From NCBI GenBank assembly GCA_049967855.1, contig JBMFRX010000002.1, positions 32,001-96,000 on the forward strand: DNA of 64,000 bases, written 5' to 3'. Shown piece after piece: positions 19,882 to 29,037 of the stretch; positions within the stretch are counted from its first letter, which is position 1, and the number at the start of each line of letters is the position of its first letter. Made by a program: the position numbers and the translations under genes. This DNA comes from Caldisericaceae bacterium. Lineage in GTDB: Bacteria; Caldisericota; Caldisericia; Caldisericales; Caldisericaceae. The notes under the pieces are model-generated. The model was given only the letters and a program-made list of their open reading frames with translations, had not been told where the DNA came from and did not search any database.

Positions 19882-20670
19882 ATGGATTTGGGATTGAGCA
19901 GTAAAGTTGCTTTTGTTATGGCAGGAAGCAAGGGTCTAGGGAAAAGTGTTGCTCTCAAACTTGCAGAGGAAGGGGCAGACATTGCAATTGTTGCGCATAA
20001 TGCTTCCAACCTTGAAAAAGCAAAAGAGGAAATTGAGGCAAAAACAGGGCGTACAATTCTTTCTATTGTTGCTGATGTTACTAAAGAAATCGAAGTTAAA
20101 GACGCAGTTCTCAAGACAATAAATAAATTTGGAACTGTACATATACTATTCGCCAATGCAGGAGGCCCGCCATCTGGAGGATTCTTTGATGTCAGTCCTG
20201 GAAACTACCTGGAGGCAGTTCAACTTAACCTTATGAGTACAATATATGCTGTATATGCTATAGTGCCTTATATGAAGGAACAAAAATGGGGACGCATTGT
20301 TGCATCAACTTCAATCAGTGTTAAACAGCCCCTGGACAACTTAATTTTATCTAACGTTTCACGTGCAGGCGTTGTAGCATTTGTGAAATCAGTTTCAAAT
20401 GCTCTTGCCCCTTTTGGAATCACTGCAAATTCGATAGCCCCAGGCTATACTATGACGGAAAGAGTCGAAAACCTGCTTAAGGCACGCACGGAAAAAGAGG
20501 GAATCTCATTTCAAGAGGCGGAAAATGGTATGGTAAATAGCATCCCAATGGGTAGAATTGGAACAGTAGAAGAATTCTCTTCGACAGTTGCTTTTTTATG
20601 CTCTGAGAATGCCTCTTATATTACTGGCATTACCCTGCCTGTAGATGGCGGTTTTATAAAAGGGGTTTAG
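19882..20670 (+). CDS. SDR-family oxidoreductase (BKR-like subgroup with SxxxR in place of YxxxK)
   Basis: AGSKGLG, ANAGGPP, LSNVSR, PMGRIG, YITGITLPVDGG. Confidence 0.9.
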   Translation: MDLGLSSKVAFVMAGSKGLGKSVALKLAEEGADIAIVAHNASNLEKAKEEIEAKTGRTILSIVADVTKEIEVKDAVLKTINKFGTVHILFANAGGPPSGGFFDVSPGNYLEAVQLNLMSTIYAVYAIVPYMKEQKWGRIVASTSISVKQPLDNLILSNVSRAGVVAFVKSVSNALAPFGITANSIAPGYTMTERVENLLKARTEKEGISFQEAENGMVNSIPMGRIGTVEEFSSTVAFLCSENASYITGITLPVDGGFIKGV

Positions 20671-20674
20671 CAAA

Positions 20675-21178
20675 ATGTTCAAATTAGAACCAGAGAAGGA
20701 TAATTCAGTATTAATTGAGCTTGCTGAGAAGATATGTGTTGCAGCAAGGACAGCGCCAAAAGCAAATGGGCGAGACTTTATAGTGACCGCGATTGTTTAT
20801 GGCGATGAACTTAAATTAATTCAAGATGAAATGAGGCGCTTTGGTGAACAGAAAAATCTTCAGTACTTTGTGAGAGACGCCTCTAACATTGATGGCAGGG
20901 TTGTAGTGCTCATAGGCACAAGGCTCAAAGGGGAAGCTCATGGTTTTGATGATTCAAAGGGAGAAGACCTGAATAACCACTTGTCTTCTGCAGTTGATCT
21001 TGGAATTGCTATTGGTTCAGCAGTATCAGTTGCAGCAGACTTGAGAGTTGACAATAGAGTTATGTACTCTATCGGGAGAGCTGCAGTAAATGTTAAATTA
21101 CTCGGCGAAGATGTTAAAATTGCATATGGTATTCCTTTAAGCGTGTCTGGGAAGAATCCCTTTTTTGATAGGAGGTAG
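20675..21178 (+). CDS. DUF2148-like protein (nitroreductase-like fold)
   Basis: AARTAPKANG, RDASN, DLGIAIGSA, VDNRVMYSIG, GIPLSVSGKNPFFDR. Confidence 0.8.
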   Translation: MFKLEPEKDNSVLIELAEKICVAARTAPKANGRDFIVTAIVYGDELKLIQDEMRRFGEQKNLQYFVRDASNIDGRVVVLIGTRLKGEAHGFDDSKGEDLNNHLSSAVDLGIAIGSAVSVAADLRVDNRVMYSIGRAAVNVKLLGEDVKIAYGIPLSVSGKNPFFDRR

Positions 21179-21180
21179 AG

Positions 21181-22311
21181 ATGAAAGAATTACTTTTGAT
21201 TCCAGGTCCAACACCTGTAAGCACTGAAGTACTCGCTGCTCTCTCTCAGGAGACAATTTCTCACACTGATGAGAGGTTTGTCAGGATTATGTCAGATACG
21301 CTCTCAAAAACTAAGTTGGTATTTGGTGCGGCAAGTGGTTATCCTTTTGTTGTTGCAGGTTCTGGAACTCTTGGCATGGAGATAGCTTTAACAAATATTC
21401 TCAAAGATGATGAAAACTTGCTGGTTGTATCACACGGATACTTTGGCGATAGGTTTATAGACATTGCCAAGGCATTAAACGTAAATGCGGACTATTTGAA
21501 AGCTCCTACCGGCTGTACTGTGCCGATAAATGACATTGAAAAATCCATTAAGTCTAAGCATTACGATGCAGTCACCATTACTCATGTTGATACTTCAACT
21601 GGAACACTCGCTGATTTGGAGCTAATTGCAAAGTCTATACGCGAAGTCTCTCCTTCTACTCTTATTGTAGTTGATGCAGTTTGCGCAGCAGGTGGAGTCA
21701 GTGAGAAATTTGATGATTGGGGGATAGATGTCATATTTACTGGCTCTCAAAAAGCTATTGCAGTGCCGCCAGGCTTGACTATGCTTGCGTTCTCTGAAAA
21801 GGCTATTGAGAAAAGGAAATCTGTGCAGAAAGTTAGAACTTATTATGGAGACATCTTACGCTGGCTTCCTGTTATGGAGGACCCACACAAGTATTTTGCA
21901 ACGCCAGCCGTGAATATGGTGTATGCTTTGAATAAATCACTGAATGATATTGTTACTTTTGGACTGAGTAATTACATTGATAAGCATTACAAACTTGCTA
22001 AGCTTGTTCGAAGATCAATGTCTTCAATGGGATTTGAGCTTGTGAGCAAGAATCCTGCACCCACATTGTCTGTATTCAGGTACCCTCAAGGGGTAAACGA
22101 TTTGGATTTCAGAGACAGATTGTATAAAAAAGGCGTTGTTGTTGCGGGAGCTTTAGCAGAGCTTCAGGGTAAAGCTTTTAGAATGGGGCATATGGGTAGT
22201 GTAACAGAGGATGAGCTCTTCGTTGCAGTCAAAAAGATAGCTCAGGTGCTTGGAGAATACGGACTAGATTATAATTATGGAGAAGTTTTTTCAGGATTTA
22301 CTGAGAAATAA
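21181..22311 (+). CDS. Class V PLP aminotransferase (alanine-glyoxylate/serine-pyruvate type)
   Basis: LLLIPGPT, GSGTLGME, HVDTSTG, GSQKAIAVPPG, FRMGHMG. Confidence 0.9.
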   Translation: MKELLLIPGPTPVSTEVLAALSQETISHTDERFVRIMSDTLSKTKLVFGAASGYPFVVAGSGTLGMEIALTNILKDDENLLVVSHGYFGDRFIDIAKALNVNADYLKAPTGCTVPINDIEKSIKSKHYDAVTITHVDTSTGTLADLELIAKSIREVSPSTLIVVDAVCAAGGVSEKFDDWGIDVIFTGSQKAIAVPPGLTMLAFSEKAIEKRKSVQKVRTYYGDILRWLPVMEDPHKYFATPAVNMVYALNKSLNDIVTFGLSNYIDKHYKLAKLVRRSMSSMGFELVSKNPAPTLSVFRYPQGVNDLDFRDRLYKKGVVVAGALAELQGKAFRMGHMGSVTEDELFVAVKKIAQVLGEYGLDYNYGEVFSGFTEK

Positions 22312-22403
22312 CTTTAGAAGGTTAAATAATATTACTCGGTCAGTTTTATAGGATTGCGTTTCAATAACAGATATTATGGAAGATTTGGTTTTATAGGAGG
22401 AAT

Positions 22404-23066
22404 ATGGGAATATTTGATATTATTGGTCCAATTATGATTGGGCCGTCAAGCTCACATACAGCTGGGGCTGTAAAAATTGGGTACTTTGCATCAAGAATAG
22501 CTGGAGGTAACTTTGATTCAGTCGAGGTTAACCTCTTTAATTCTTTTTCCGAGACAGGCAGGGGTCACGGAACAGATATTGCAATAATTGCTGGAATTCT
22601 TGGTTTTGGTGTTGACGATAAGCAAATAGTTGATTCCTTTGAGATTGCAAAGTCGAAGAACCTGAATTTCAAGATTAATTGGAAAGGGGAAAATGAAAAT
22701 TATCCTGAAAACTGTGCAGAGCTTATTTTCCACAGCAGTAGAGGCTTGTATGATATCGTGGGTAATTCGATAGGTGGTGGAGAAGTTAGTATCATAAATA
22801 TAAATGGATATGACGTGAGTCTTTCATTTAAACATCCAGTTCTAATGATTTTTTCGTTTGATGTACCTGGTGTTATAGCCTATGTTGCCAGTATAATTTC
22901 CGTAAACGGCATTAATATTGCAAAAATGGAAGTAGAGAGAGATTCTTCAAGGGGTGAATCGCTTGCAGTATTTAAACTTGATAGAGACTTTCCACCTGAT
23001 GAAATTAAGTTAATTAAGGAGAATAAAAGCATAAAAGAAGTCATAATTTTGGAGAGGTCAATCTAA
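22404..23066 (+). CDS. sdaAB: L-serine dehydratase beta subunit (with ACT domain)
   Basis: FDIIGPIMIGPSSSHTAGA, GRGHGTD, SIGGG, DVPGVIA ACT domain. Confidence 0.95.
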   Translation: MGIFDIIGPIMIGPSSSHTAGAVKIGYFASRIAGGNFDSVEVNLFNSFSETGRGHGTDIAIIAGILGFGVDDKQIVDSFEIAKSKNLNFKINWKGENENYPENCAELIFHSSRGLYDIVGNSIGGGEVSIININGYDVSLSFKHPVLMIFSFDVPGVIAYVASIISVNGINIAKMEVERDSSRGESLAVFKLDRDFPPDEIKLIKENKSIKEVIILERSI

Positions 23067-23962
23067 TGAAGATAAAGTTTAAGACATTTTCTGATTTGAA
23101 AAGGCAAGTTTCAGAAAGCGGGCTTGGTATTGGCAAATTCCTGATAGCTTACGAAGCTCTTAATCTAAATGTTCCTGAGGAAAAAGTAATCGAGAGAATG
23201 CAGAATACTCTTTCTGCTATGAGGGGATCCATTGAGGCTGGGCTAAGCCATAAAAATACATCACGCACAGGGTTTGTTAATGGTTGGGCAAAGAGTATGC
23301 TTGATTTCTCTAGCAATGTTGAAAATCTACTAATTTCAAAGGAGTTCACAGAGATCATTTTTAGAACGTTAGCGGTATCTGAAATGAACGCATGTATGGG
23401 GCGGATAGTTGCAGCACCTACTGCCGGTGCTTGTGGTGTGCTGCCAGGAGCGCTTTTGACGGTGGCTGATCACAAAAGAATCTCAGAGGATAAAATCATA
23501 GAGGCTCTTTTTGTTTCTGGTGGCATTGGGGAGGTAATCAAGAACCAAGCAAGCCTTTCTGGGTCAAGGCACGGTTGTCAGGCTGAAATTGGTTCTGCTT
23601 CGTCGATGACAGCAGGAGCTATTGTATCAATGTTTACTGACGATGTTGATACAATAGAAAGTGCAGCTGCATTTGCAATGAAAAATATCCTTGGTCTTGT
23701 GTGTGACCCTATTGGAGGGTATGTTGAGATTCCTTGTATAAAGAGAAATGTAGCCAACACATTTAATGCTATATCTTCTGCCGAAATGGCACTCGCTGGC
23801 ATAAGGACTCTTATACCTTTTGATGAAGTTATAATAGCTATGAAACGCATAGGAGAAACTATGCCTGCTGCTCTAAAGGAGACCGGAATTGGTGGCATTG
23901 CTGGGACCCCAACTGCGCAATTGTTGCTGAAAAAGTATAAAGATGATAATCGACATAATTAG
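23066..23962 (+). CDS. sdaAA: L-serine dehydratase alpha subunit (4Fe-4S)
   Basis: IVAAPTAGACG, GCQAEIG, GLVCDPIGGYVEIPCIKRN, LKETGIGG. Confidence 0.95.
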   Translation: MKIKFKTFSDLKRQVSESGLGIGKFLIAYEALNLNVPEEKVIERMQNTLSAMRGSIEAGLSHKNTSRTGFVNGWAKSMLDFSSNVENLLISKEFTEIIFRTLAVSEMNACMGRIVAAPTAGACGVLPGALLTVADHKRISEDKIIEALFVSGGIGEVIKNQASLSGSRHGCQAEIGSASSMTAGAIVSMFTDDVDTIESAAAFAMKNILGLVCDPIGGYVEIPCIKRNVANTFNAISSAEMALAGIRTLIPFDEVIIAMKRIGETMPAALKETGIGGIAGTPTAQLLLKKYKDDNRHN

Positions 23963-24061
23963 AACTTCTCTTGATTTTATTAAAGCTTGTTCATTGGGTG
24001 GTTTTCTCTATGGATAATTGTGATAACAATACTTGATGCGAATTTTATTTAAATAAACTGG

Positions 24062-24090
24062 AACAGAGGGTAATTTTACCCTCTGTTTTT
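24062..24090. terminator. Likely bidirectional intrinsic terminator
   Basis: AACAGAGGGTAA-TT-TTACCCTCTGTT then TTT, between convergent sdaAA and the Mo-subunit gene. Confidence 0.75.
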
Positions 24091-24119
24091 AATCAACTAA
24101 TGTTATGGTGAAAAATTAG

Positions 24120-26432
24120 TTACTTCTTCTCCTGTACGGCTTTCAAGACCCGCTCTGGCGTATAAGGAGATTTATGCATTCTTACACCAAGTGCGTCATA
24201 AATTGCGTTTCCAATTGCAGGTATTGGTCCGTTTATTCCAATCTCTGCGACTGATTTTGCTCCATATGGACCGGTAGGTTCGTATGTTTCCACCAGGATT
24301 GGCACTATTTCAGGGATATCTCTTGAAGAAGGTATTCTGTATTCCATAAAGTTTGGATTTAGCATTTTGCCGTTCTCTCCGAATTTGTATTCCTCAGTAA
24401 GAGCATAGCCAATTCCGTTTACTACAGCTCCAATGACTTGTCCCTTGGCAAGTTCTGGATTTAATGGGACTCCGCAATCAACTGCTGCAACATATTTAAT
24501 AGGAGTCACAATACCAGTGTCTTCATCCACTTCTATTTCAACAAAATGAGCGGCAAAAGGCGGCGGTGAATATGGAGAAACAAATGAACTCACTGCCATT
24601 ATCTGATGGTGGTTTTTGACATAAAGTGTTTGATAAGCTATTTCTGATAGCGTTACTGACTTACCACTTTTTTTGCTTTCAACCATTCCATCTTTGAAGA
24701 CGAATTCCTTTGTATCAAATTCACCAAACATTTCTTTTGCTACTTCTTCGATTTGCTCGCGTAGTTTTATAGCAGCATTTAAAACTGCTCCTCCAGATAT
24801 GTAAGTGCCGCTTGAAGCGTATGCACCAACATCAAAAGGAGTCATATCTGTATCTGAAGGATAAACGATTACTTGCTCGGTTTTTATTCCAAGTGTCTCT
24901 GCAACTAATTGCGCTGAAACAGTATCGAGACCAGTACCAATATCCGTACCACCGTATAGCACGTTGACAGAACCATCTTCGTTAAGTTTTATGGAAGCTG
25001 CTCCCATATCCACAAGGGGTATGCCTGAGCCTTGCATGTGAAGTGACATTCCTAATCCACGTACTTTTGAGCCGTTTCTATTCTTCTTTCCCCATTTTTC
25101 GTACCATCCAATTTCTTTAGCTCCAAGCTCAATAAGCTTATCAATCGCTTCGCTCTGAATGTACTGTGTTACTCCTTCTCTTCCTTCTCCAAGGGCCTGG
25201 AATATAGGAGAAGTCTCGCCCTTTCTTATGTGATTCTTAAGTCTTATTTCTAAAGGGCTAATGTTTAATTTTTCTGCAAGGATATCAATTGTCTGCTCAA
25301 GAGATGCGTAACCCTGTGTTGCACCGTATCCTCTGTATGCCCCAGAAATTGGTAGATTCGTATATACTACATCTGCAACAAATTCAACGTTAGGAGCTTT
25401 GTTATACAAAGGAAGGGTTTTTGAACCAGCATTTGAAACTACCGTGAGACCATGAGTTCCATAGGCTCCTGTATTGCTCAATGCGTACATTTTAATGGTA
25501 TTTATCATTCCATCTTTTTTTGCTCCGATTTTAACAGTAATTTTCATAGGGTGTCTTGTTCTTGCCGATATGAACTCTTCCTCTCTTGAGTATACCATTC
25601 TTGCAGGACGTCCTGTTTTCAGCGTTACAAAAGCGCATATTTCTTCAAGAATTATCTCCTGTTTTGCTCCAAATCCTCCACCAATTCTTGGTTTTATTAC
25701 TCTTATTTTCTGCACAGGTATTTCAAGAGATTGAGCCACAATTCTACGCACATGGAAAGGTACCTGAGTTGAAGTGCGTATAACAATTCTTCCATACTCG
25801 TCAAGATAAGAAAGAGTCTCATGAGGCTCTATGGGAGTGTGCTGTGCGTAATGTGTCTCAAAGGTGTTTTCAACAACAACATCTGATTCGGCAAAACCCT
25901 TTTCGATGTTTCCTGCTCTCACTTCGACGTGTGCAACTATGTTCTTTTTTGGGTCGTACGCTCCACTTATTCCTTCTTCATCATGGATTACTGGGGCGCC
26001 TTCTTTCATAGCCTCTTCAGCATCAAGAATTGCTGGAAGTAACGAGTATTTAACCTTGATAAGCTTTAAGGCAGCTGTGGCCGCCTCTTCTGTTTCAGCA
26101 ACAACGGCAGCAACTCTATCACCGACAAAACGCATTTTTTTGTTGAACATGCACGTATCATAAGGAGAAGGTTCTGGCCATCCCTGTCCTGCTGTTGTGT
26201 GGAGCACTTGTGGAGTATTTTGATACGTTAGCACCATCAGTACACCAGAAAGCTTCATAGCTTCACTTGCATCGATATCTTCGATTACAGCATGTGGGTG
26301 TGGCGAATATAGCAATTTAATCTGAAGTGTGCCAGGCAGTGCAACATCGTCAGTGAATAATGGCTGTCCTGTTGCAAGAGCCATTGCATCAATCTTGTCA
26401 ACGCTTTTGCCAACTGTATCAAAATTACTCAT
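24120..26432 (-). CDS. Xanthine dehydrogenase-family molybdopterin-binding subunit (XdhD/YgfN-like)
   Basis: GQGWPEPSPYD, STQVPFHVRR, IGGGFGAKQ, AYRGYGATQG, DVGAYASSGT, GPYGAKSVAE. Confidence 0.9.
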   Translation of the reverse strand: MSNFDTVGKSVDKIDAMALATGQPLFTDDVALPGTLQIKLLYSPHPHAVIEDIDASEAMKLSGVLMVLTYQNTPQVLHTTAGQGWPEPSPYDTCMFNKKMRFVGDRVAAVVAETEEAATAALKLIKVKYSLLPAILDAEEAMKEGAPVIHDEEGISGAYDPKKNIVAHVEVRAGNIEKGFAESDVVVENTFETHYAQHTPIEPHETLSYLDEYGRIVIRTSTQVPFHVRRIVAQSLEIPVQKIRVIKPRIGGGFGAKQEIILEEICAFVTLKTGRPARMVYSREEEFISARTRHPMKITVKIGAKKDGMINTIKMYALSNTGAYGTHGLTVVSNAGSKTLPLYNKAPNVEFVADVVYTNLPISGAYRGYGATQGYASLEQTIDILAEKLNISPLEIRLKNHIRKGETSPIFQALGEGREGVTQYIQSEAIDKLIELGAKEIGWYEKWGKKNRNGSKVRGLGMSLHMQGSGIPLVDMGAASIKLNEDGSVNVLYGGTDIGTGLDTVSAQLVAETLGIKTEQVIVYPSDTDMTPFDVGAYASSGTYISGGAVLNAAIKLREQIEEVAKEMFGEFDTKEFVFKDGMVESKKSGKSVTLSEIAYQTLYVKNHHQIMAVSSFVSPYSPPPFAAHFVEIEVDEDTGIVTPIKYVAAVDCGVPLNPELAKGQVIGAVVNGIGYALTEEYKFGENGKMLNPNFMEYRIPSSRDIPEIVPILVETYEPTGPYGAKSVAEIGINGPIPAIGNAIYDALGVRMHKSPYTPERVLKAVQEKK

Positions 26433-26901
26433 CTTTCTTACCTCCTTTCATAAGTTGTGCGGCGTACTTTATGGCTTCAATCTGCTGGACATACCCAGTG
26501 CAGCGGCATAGGTTTCCGTCTATTGACTTTTTTATTTCTTCGTCTGTTGGGTCAGGATTTTTCTGAAGCAGTGCATAAGCCGAAACTATTGTCCCAGGAG
26601 TGCAAAAACCGCATTGAACTGCGCCTTTTTCAACGAACGCCTTTTGCAAAGGGCTGGGATTCATAATGGTCCCTATGCCTTTTACCGTCGTTATTGTAGC
26701 ACCGTCTATTTGTGCAGCAAGCGTCGTGCAGCTTGTCTTTGGTGTTCCATTTATTAGTACTGCACAGGCACCACATGTACCCATATAACAATTGCCTTTT
26801 ACCTCTGTGTAGCCGTAACGTCTGAGCACATCAAGAAGGACTTCCCCTTCTTTAATCTCGAATTCCTTGACTTCTCCGTTTATTGTATATTTAACTTTCA
26901 T
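26425..26901 (-). CDS. Xanthine dehydrogenase-family 2Fe-2S subunit
   Basis: CYMGTCGACAV, QCGFCTPG, GNLCRCTGY. Confidence 0.93.
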   Translation of the reverse strand: MKVKYTINGEVKEFEIKEGEVLLDVLRRYGYTEVKGNCYMGTCGACAVLINGTPKTSCTTLAAQIDGATITTVKGIGTIMNPSPLQKAFVEKGAVQCGFCTPGTIVSAYALLQKNPDPTDEEIKKSIDGNLCRCTGYVQQIEAIKYAAQLMKGGKKDE

Positions 26902-26902
26902 C

Positions 26903-27754
26903 TCATTCCTCCATAAATGCTTTTAGTATATTGCGCGAAAAGACATCTGCAATTTTCGCTCTGTACTCTCTGCTCACTCTGACGTCCCCTTCAACATCAG
27001 CATTCTGGGAAGTGAAAGCTCCAAATTCATCTGCCAGGGCATCGTTTAGAGCTCGACTTTTCAGGTATTCCTCTCCTTTGGCGAATTCGACCGAAGGTCC
27101 AGGCCTGGATCCCATAATAATTTTGTTTTCTTCAAGAATGCCGTTTTGAATTTTTGACAGAATTGCAAGGTTCATTAAAGGGATGTCAGTAGCATTTCTA
27201 ACGTATCTATTCATACCAAATTTGTAAGAGTTATCATACTTCTTGAGTTGAATTTCTTTGATTATCGACGTTGATAACATTTCTCTGAAACGCGATGCAT
27301 AAAAGTCATTAATATTTACTTGTGAGTCTTTGTTGCCGTCGTTTAGAGTTATTTCTGCATTCAGCGCCATAAGAAGCGTTGTTATGTCAGAATAGGGCTC
27401 TCTTTGTGCTACAGACCCGCCAATTGTAATTTGATTTCTAAGTAACTCCGAGGCAATACTGTCTAAAACATTTTTCACTGTCTTGTTAAGGTAGGTTATA
27501 ATTGGTTGAGATTCTGCAAGTGATGAGATTGTGGTTGTTGCCCCAATTGCTATTGTTGATTGAGTTTCTCTTACGTAATTTAGGTTCAAATTATTAAGAA
27601 AAACAAGAGTCTTTATTGATGGGTTTGGGAAAACCGTAAGGTGCAGACCGCCTCCAACTACCCGTGCCCTGCCATCTCTTTCCTGCAACATCAAGGCTGC
27701 TTCTTCTATACTATGAGGGTAGAGGCATTCTTCAACTTCTTTTAGTTTCAACAT
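26903..27754 (-). CDS. Xanthine dehydrogenase-family FAD-binding subunit (YgfM-like)
   Basis: VVGGGLHL, IGATTT, RNQITIGGS, DVRVSREYR; operon with the Fe-S and Mo subunits. Confidence 0.87.
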   Translation of the reverse strand: MLKLKEVEECLYPHSIEEAALMLQERDGRARVVGGGLHLTVFPNPSIKTLVFLNNLNLNYVRETQSTIAIGATTTISSLAESQPIITYLNKTVKNVLDSIASELLRNQITIGGSVAQREPYSDITTLLMALNAEITLNDGNKDSQVNINDFYASRFREMLSTSIIKEIQLKKYDNSYKFGMNRYVRNATDIPLMNLAILSKIQNGILEENKIIMGSRPGPSVEFAKGEEYLKSRALNDALADEFGAFTSQNADVEGDVRVSREYRAKIADVFSRNILKAFMEE

Positions 27755-27973
27755 TTCATACTACCTCCTATATTTATTTCTTTATTTAATTATAATACAA
27801 AGTATATTACGCTAAAATCGTCTATAGAAATTTGTTTTAAAGGGCATTTCCATTTAGGCGTGTTTTGTTAGAGCTAACCAATTATAACCGAAATTAAAGC
27901 TTGTTCAAAAGCTGTGTAATTATCAAAAAGTCTGGCCTTTTGCAAAAAAAATCAAAAGGTATAAAATCAGTGT

Positions 27974-29035
27974 GTGAAAAAAATTTTATTAGGTGTTTTT
28001 ATATTTATTTTTGCTTCTGTTCCCGTGCTTGGATGCGGAAGGCATACTGTTCAGATAGAGCTCTCCGATAAGGTAAATGCACTTGGGACTCTATATGCAA
28101 AAAGTTGCACTGTAGATGGAAAGAATGTTGCAATTAATTCTGGCAAAATAGACATACTCCCAGGACAACATACCGTAAGAGTTCCTGGTTATTATGATGC
28201 AGAGATTAATGTTGGAAAAGATTTGAAAGATACAAAAATCGTTTTAACCCCCAGGGCATATCTCGAAATTTCTACAAACGTAGTCGGAGAAAAAATTTTC
28301 CTTGATGATGCTAACTATGATTATGTAAGCTCTAATTCTATAACATTTTCTGCTGTAGAAAATTTCTCTTTCGAACCGCTTGTAATAGTAATATCGCCCC
28401 TATCTGTAGGAGAGCATTCGATTCTTCTAACAAATAAGTATTTTAAAGATTTCTCAACCATGACAGATGTTAAGGAAGGCAAAAACACTCTTGATGCTTT
28501 TATGAAGCCAGATGAACAGCAAATAATTGGGCTTCTCAATTCGATTTCATTTCCTGAGGACACACAAAATTTCGACTTCAAAATTGACTTAAGTGGCTCT
28601 TTGAATGGTGTTAACCTTAGCAACTCAACGCTTAATGGCAAGGTAAGTAGCAAAAAAGTAGTTGAAATTTCTGATACAAATATTGACTATACGCTTGATA
28701 AAGGCAAGCTGTACATTGGTAACACAGAAGTTGAAGATAGTGAAAAATCTCAGGCTCTTTTGTTTGCAATTAATACAGTCCAGGAATTTATCGAAAGCAA
28801 AAAATTGATGACTCAGATACTGCTCTCTGCAAGTGCAGAAAACGTTCGCATTAGTTATGATGGCAGTTCTGGAACAATTGGTTTTATTTCTACTAAAGCG
28901 TTTGAAGATAGGCCTGTAAGTGAGAAATATATTGTGGGCATTAAGGATAAGTTTGTTGAATCTGTTTCTATTTCTGTTGATTCAGACCCTCTTAAAACAA
29001 ACCTTAGAGTTTTTCTTGATATAACTAGGAGGTAA
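27974..29035 (+). CDS. Hypothetical lipoprotein with PEGA-like repeats
   Basis: Signal peptide ending in lipobox VLG-C; PGQHTVRV and VGEHSILL PEGA-like strands. Confidence 0.65.
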   Translation: MKKILLGVFIFIFASVPVLGCGRHTVQIELSDKVNALGTLYAKSCTVDGKNVAINSGKIDILPGQHTVRVPGYYDAEINVGKDLKDTKIVLTPRAYLEISTNVVGEKIFLDDANYDYVSSNSITFSAVENFSFEPLVIVISPLSVGEHSILLTNKYFKDFSTMTDVKEGKNTLDAFMKPDEQQIIGLLNSISFPEDTQNFDFKIDLSGSLNGVNLSNSTLNGKVSSKKVVEISDTNIDYTLDKGKLYIGNTEVEDSEKSQALLFAINTVQEFIESKKLMTQILLSASAENVRISYDGSSGTIGFISTKAFEDRPVSEKYIVGIKDKFVESVSISVDSDPLKTNLRVFLDITRR

Positions 29036-29037
29036 TT

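Noticed and set aside
19882..20670. SDR as the ceramide or 3-ketodihydrosphingosine reductase
   Set aside because: It belongs to a widespread BKR-like SxxxR subgroup, sits in an unrelated gene run, and lacks features of the NDUFA9-like CerR. No positive evidence, though not strictly excluded.
27755..27973. Purine or Moco riboswitch upstream of the Xdh-like operon
   Set aside because: No recognisable conserved core on either strand; it looks like an AT-rich divergent promoter region.
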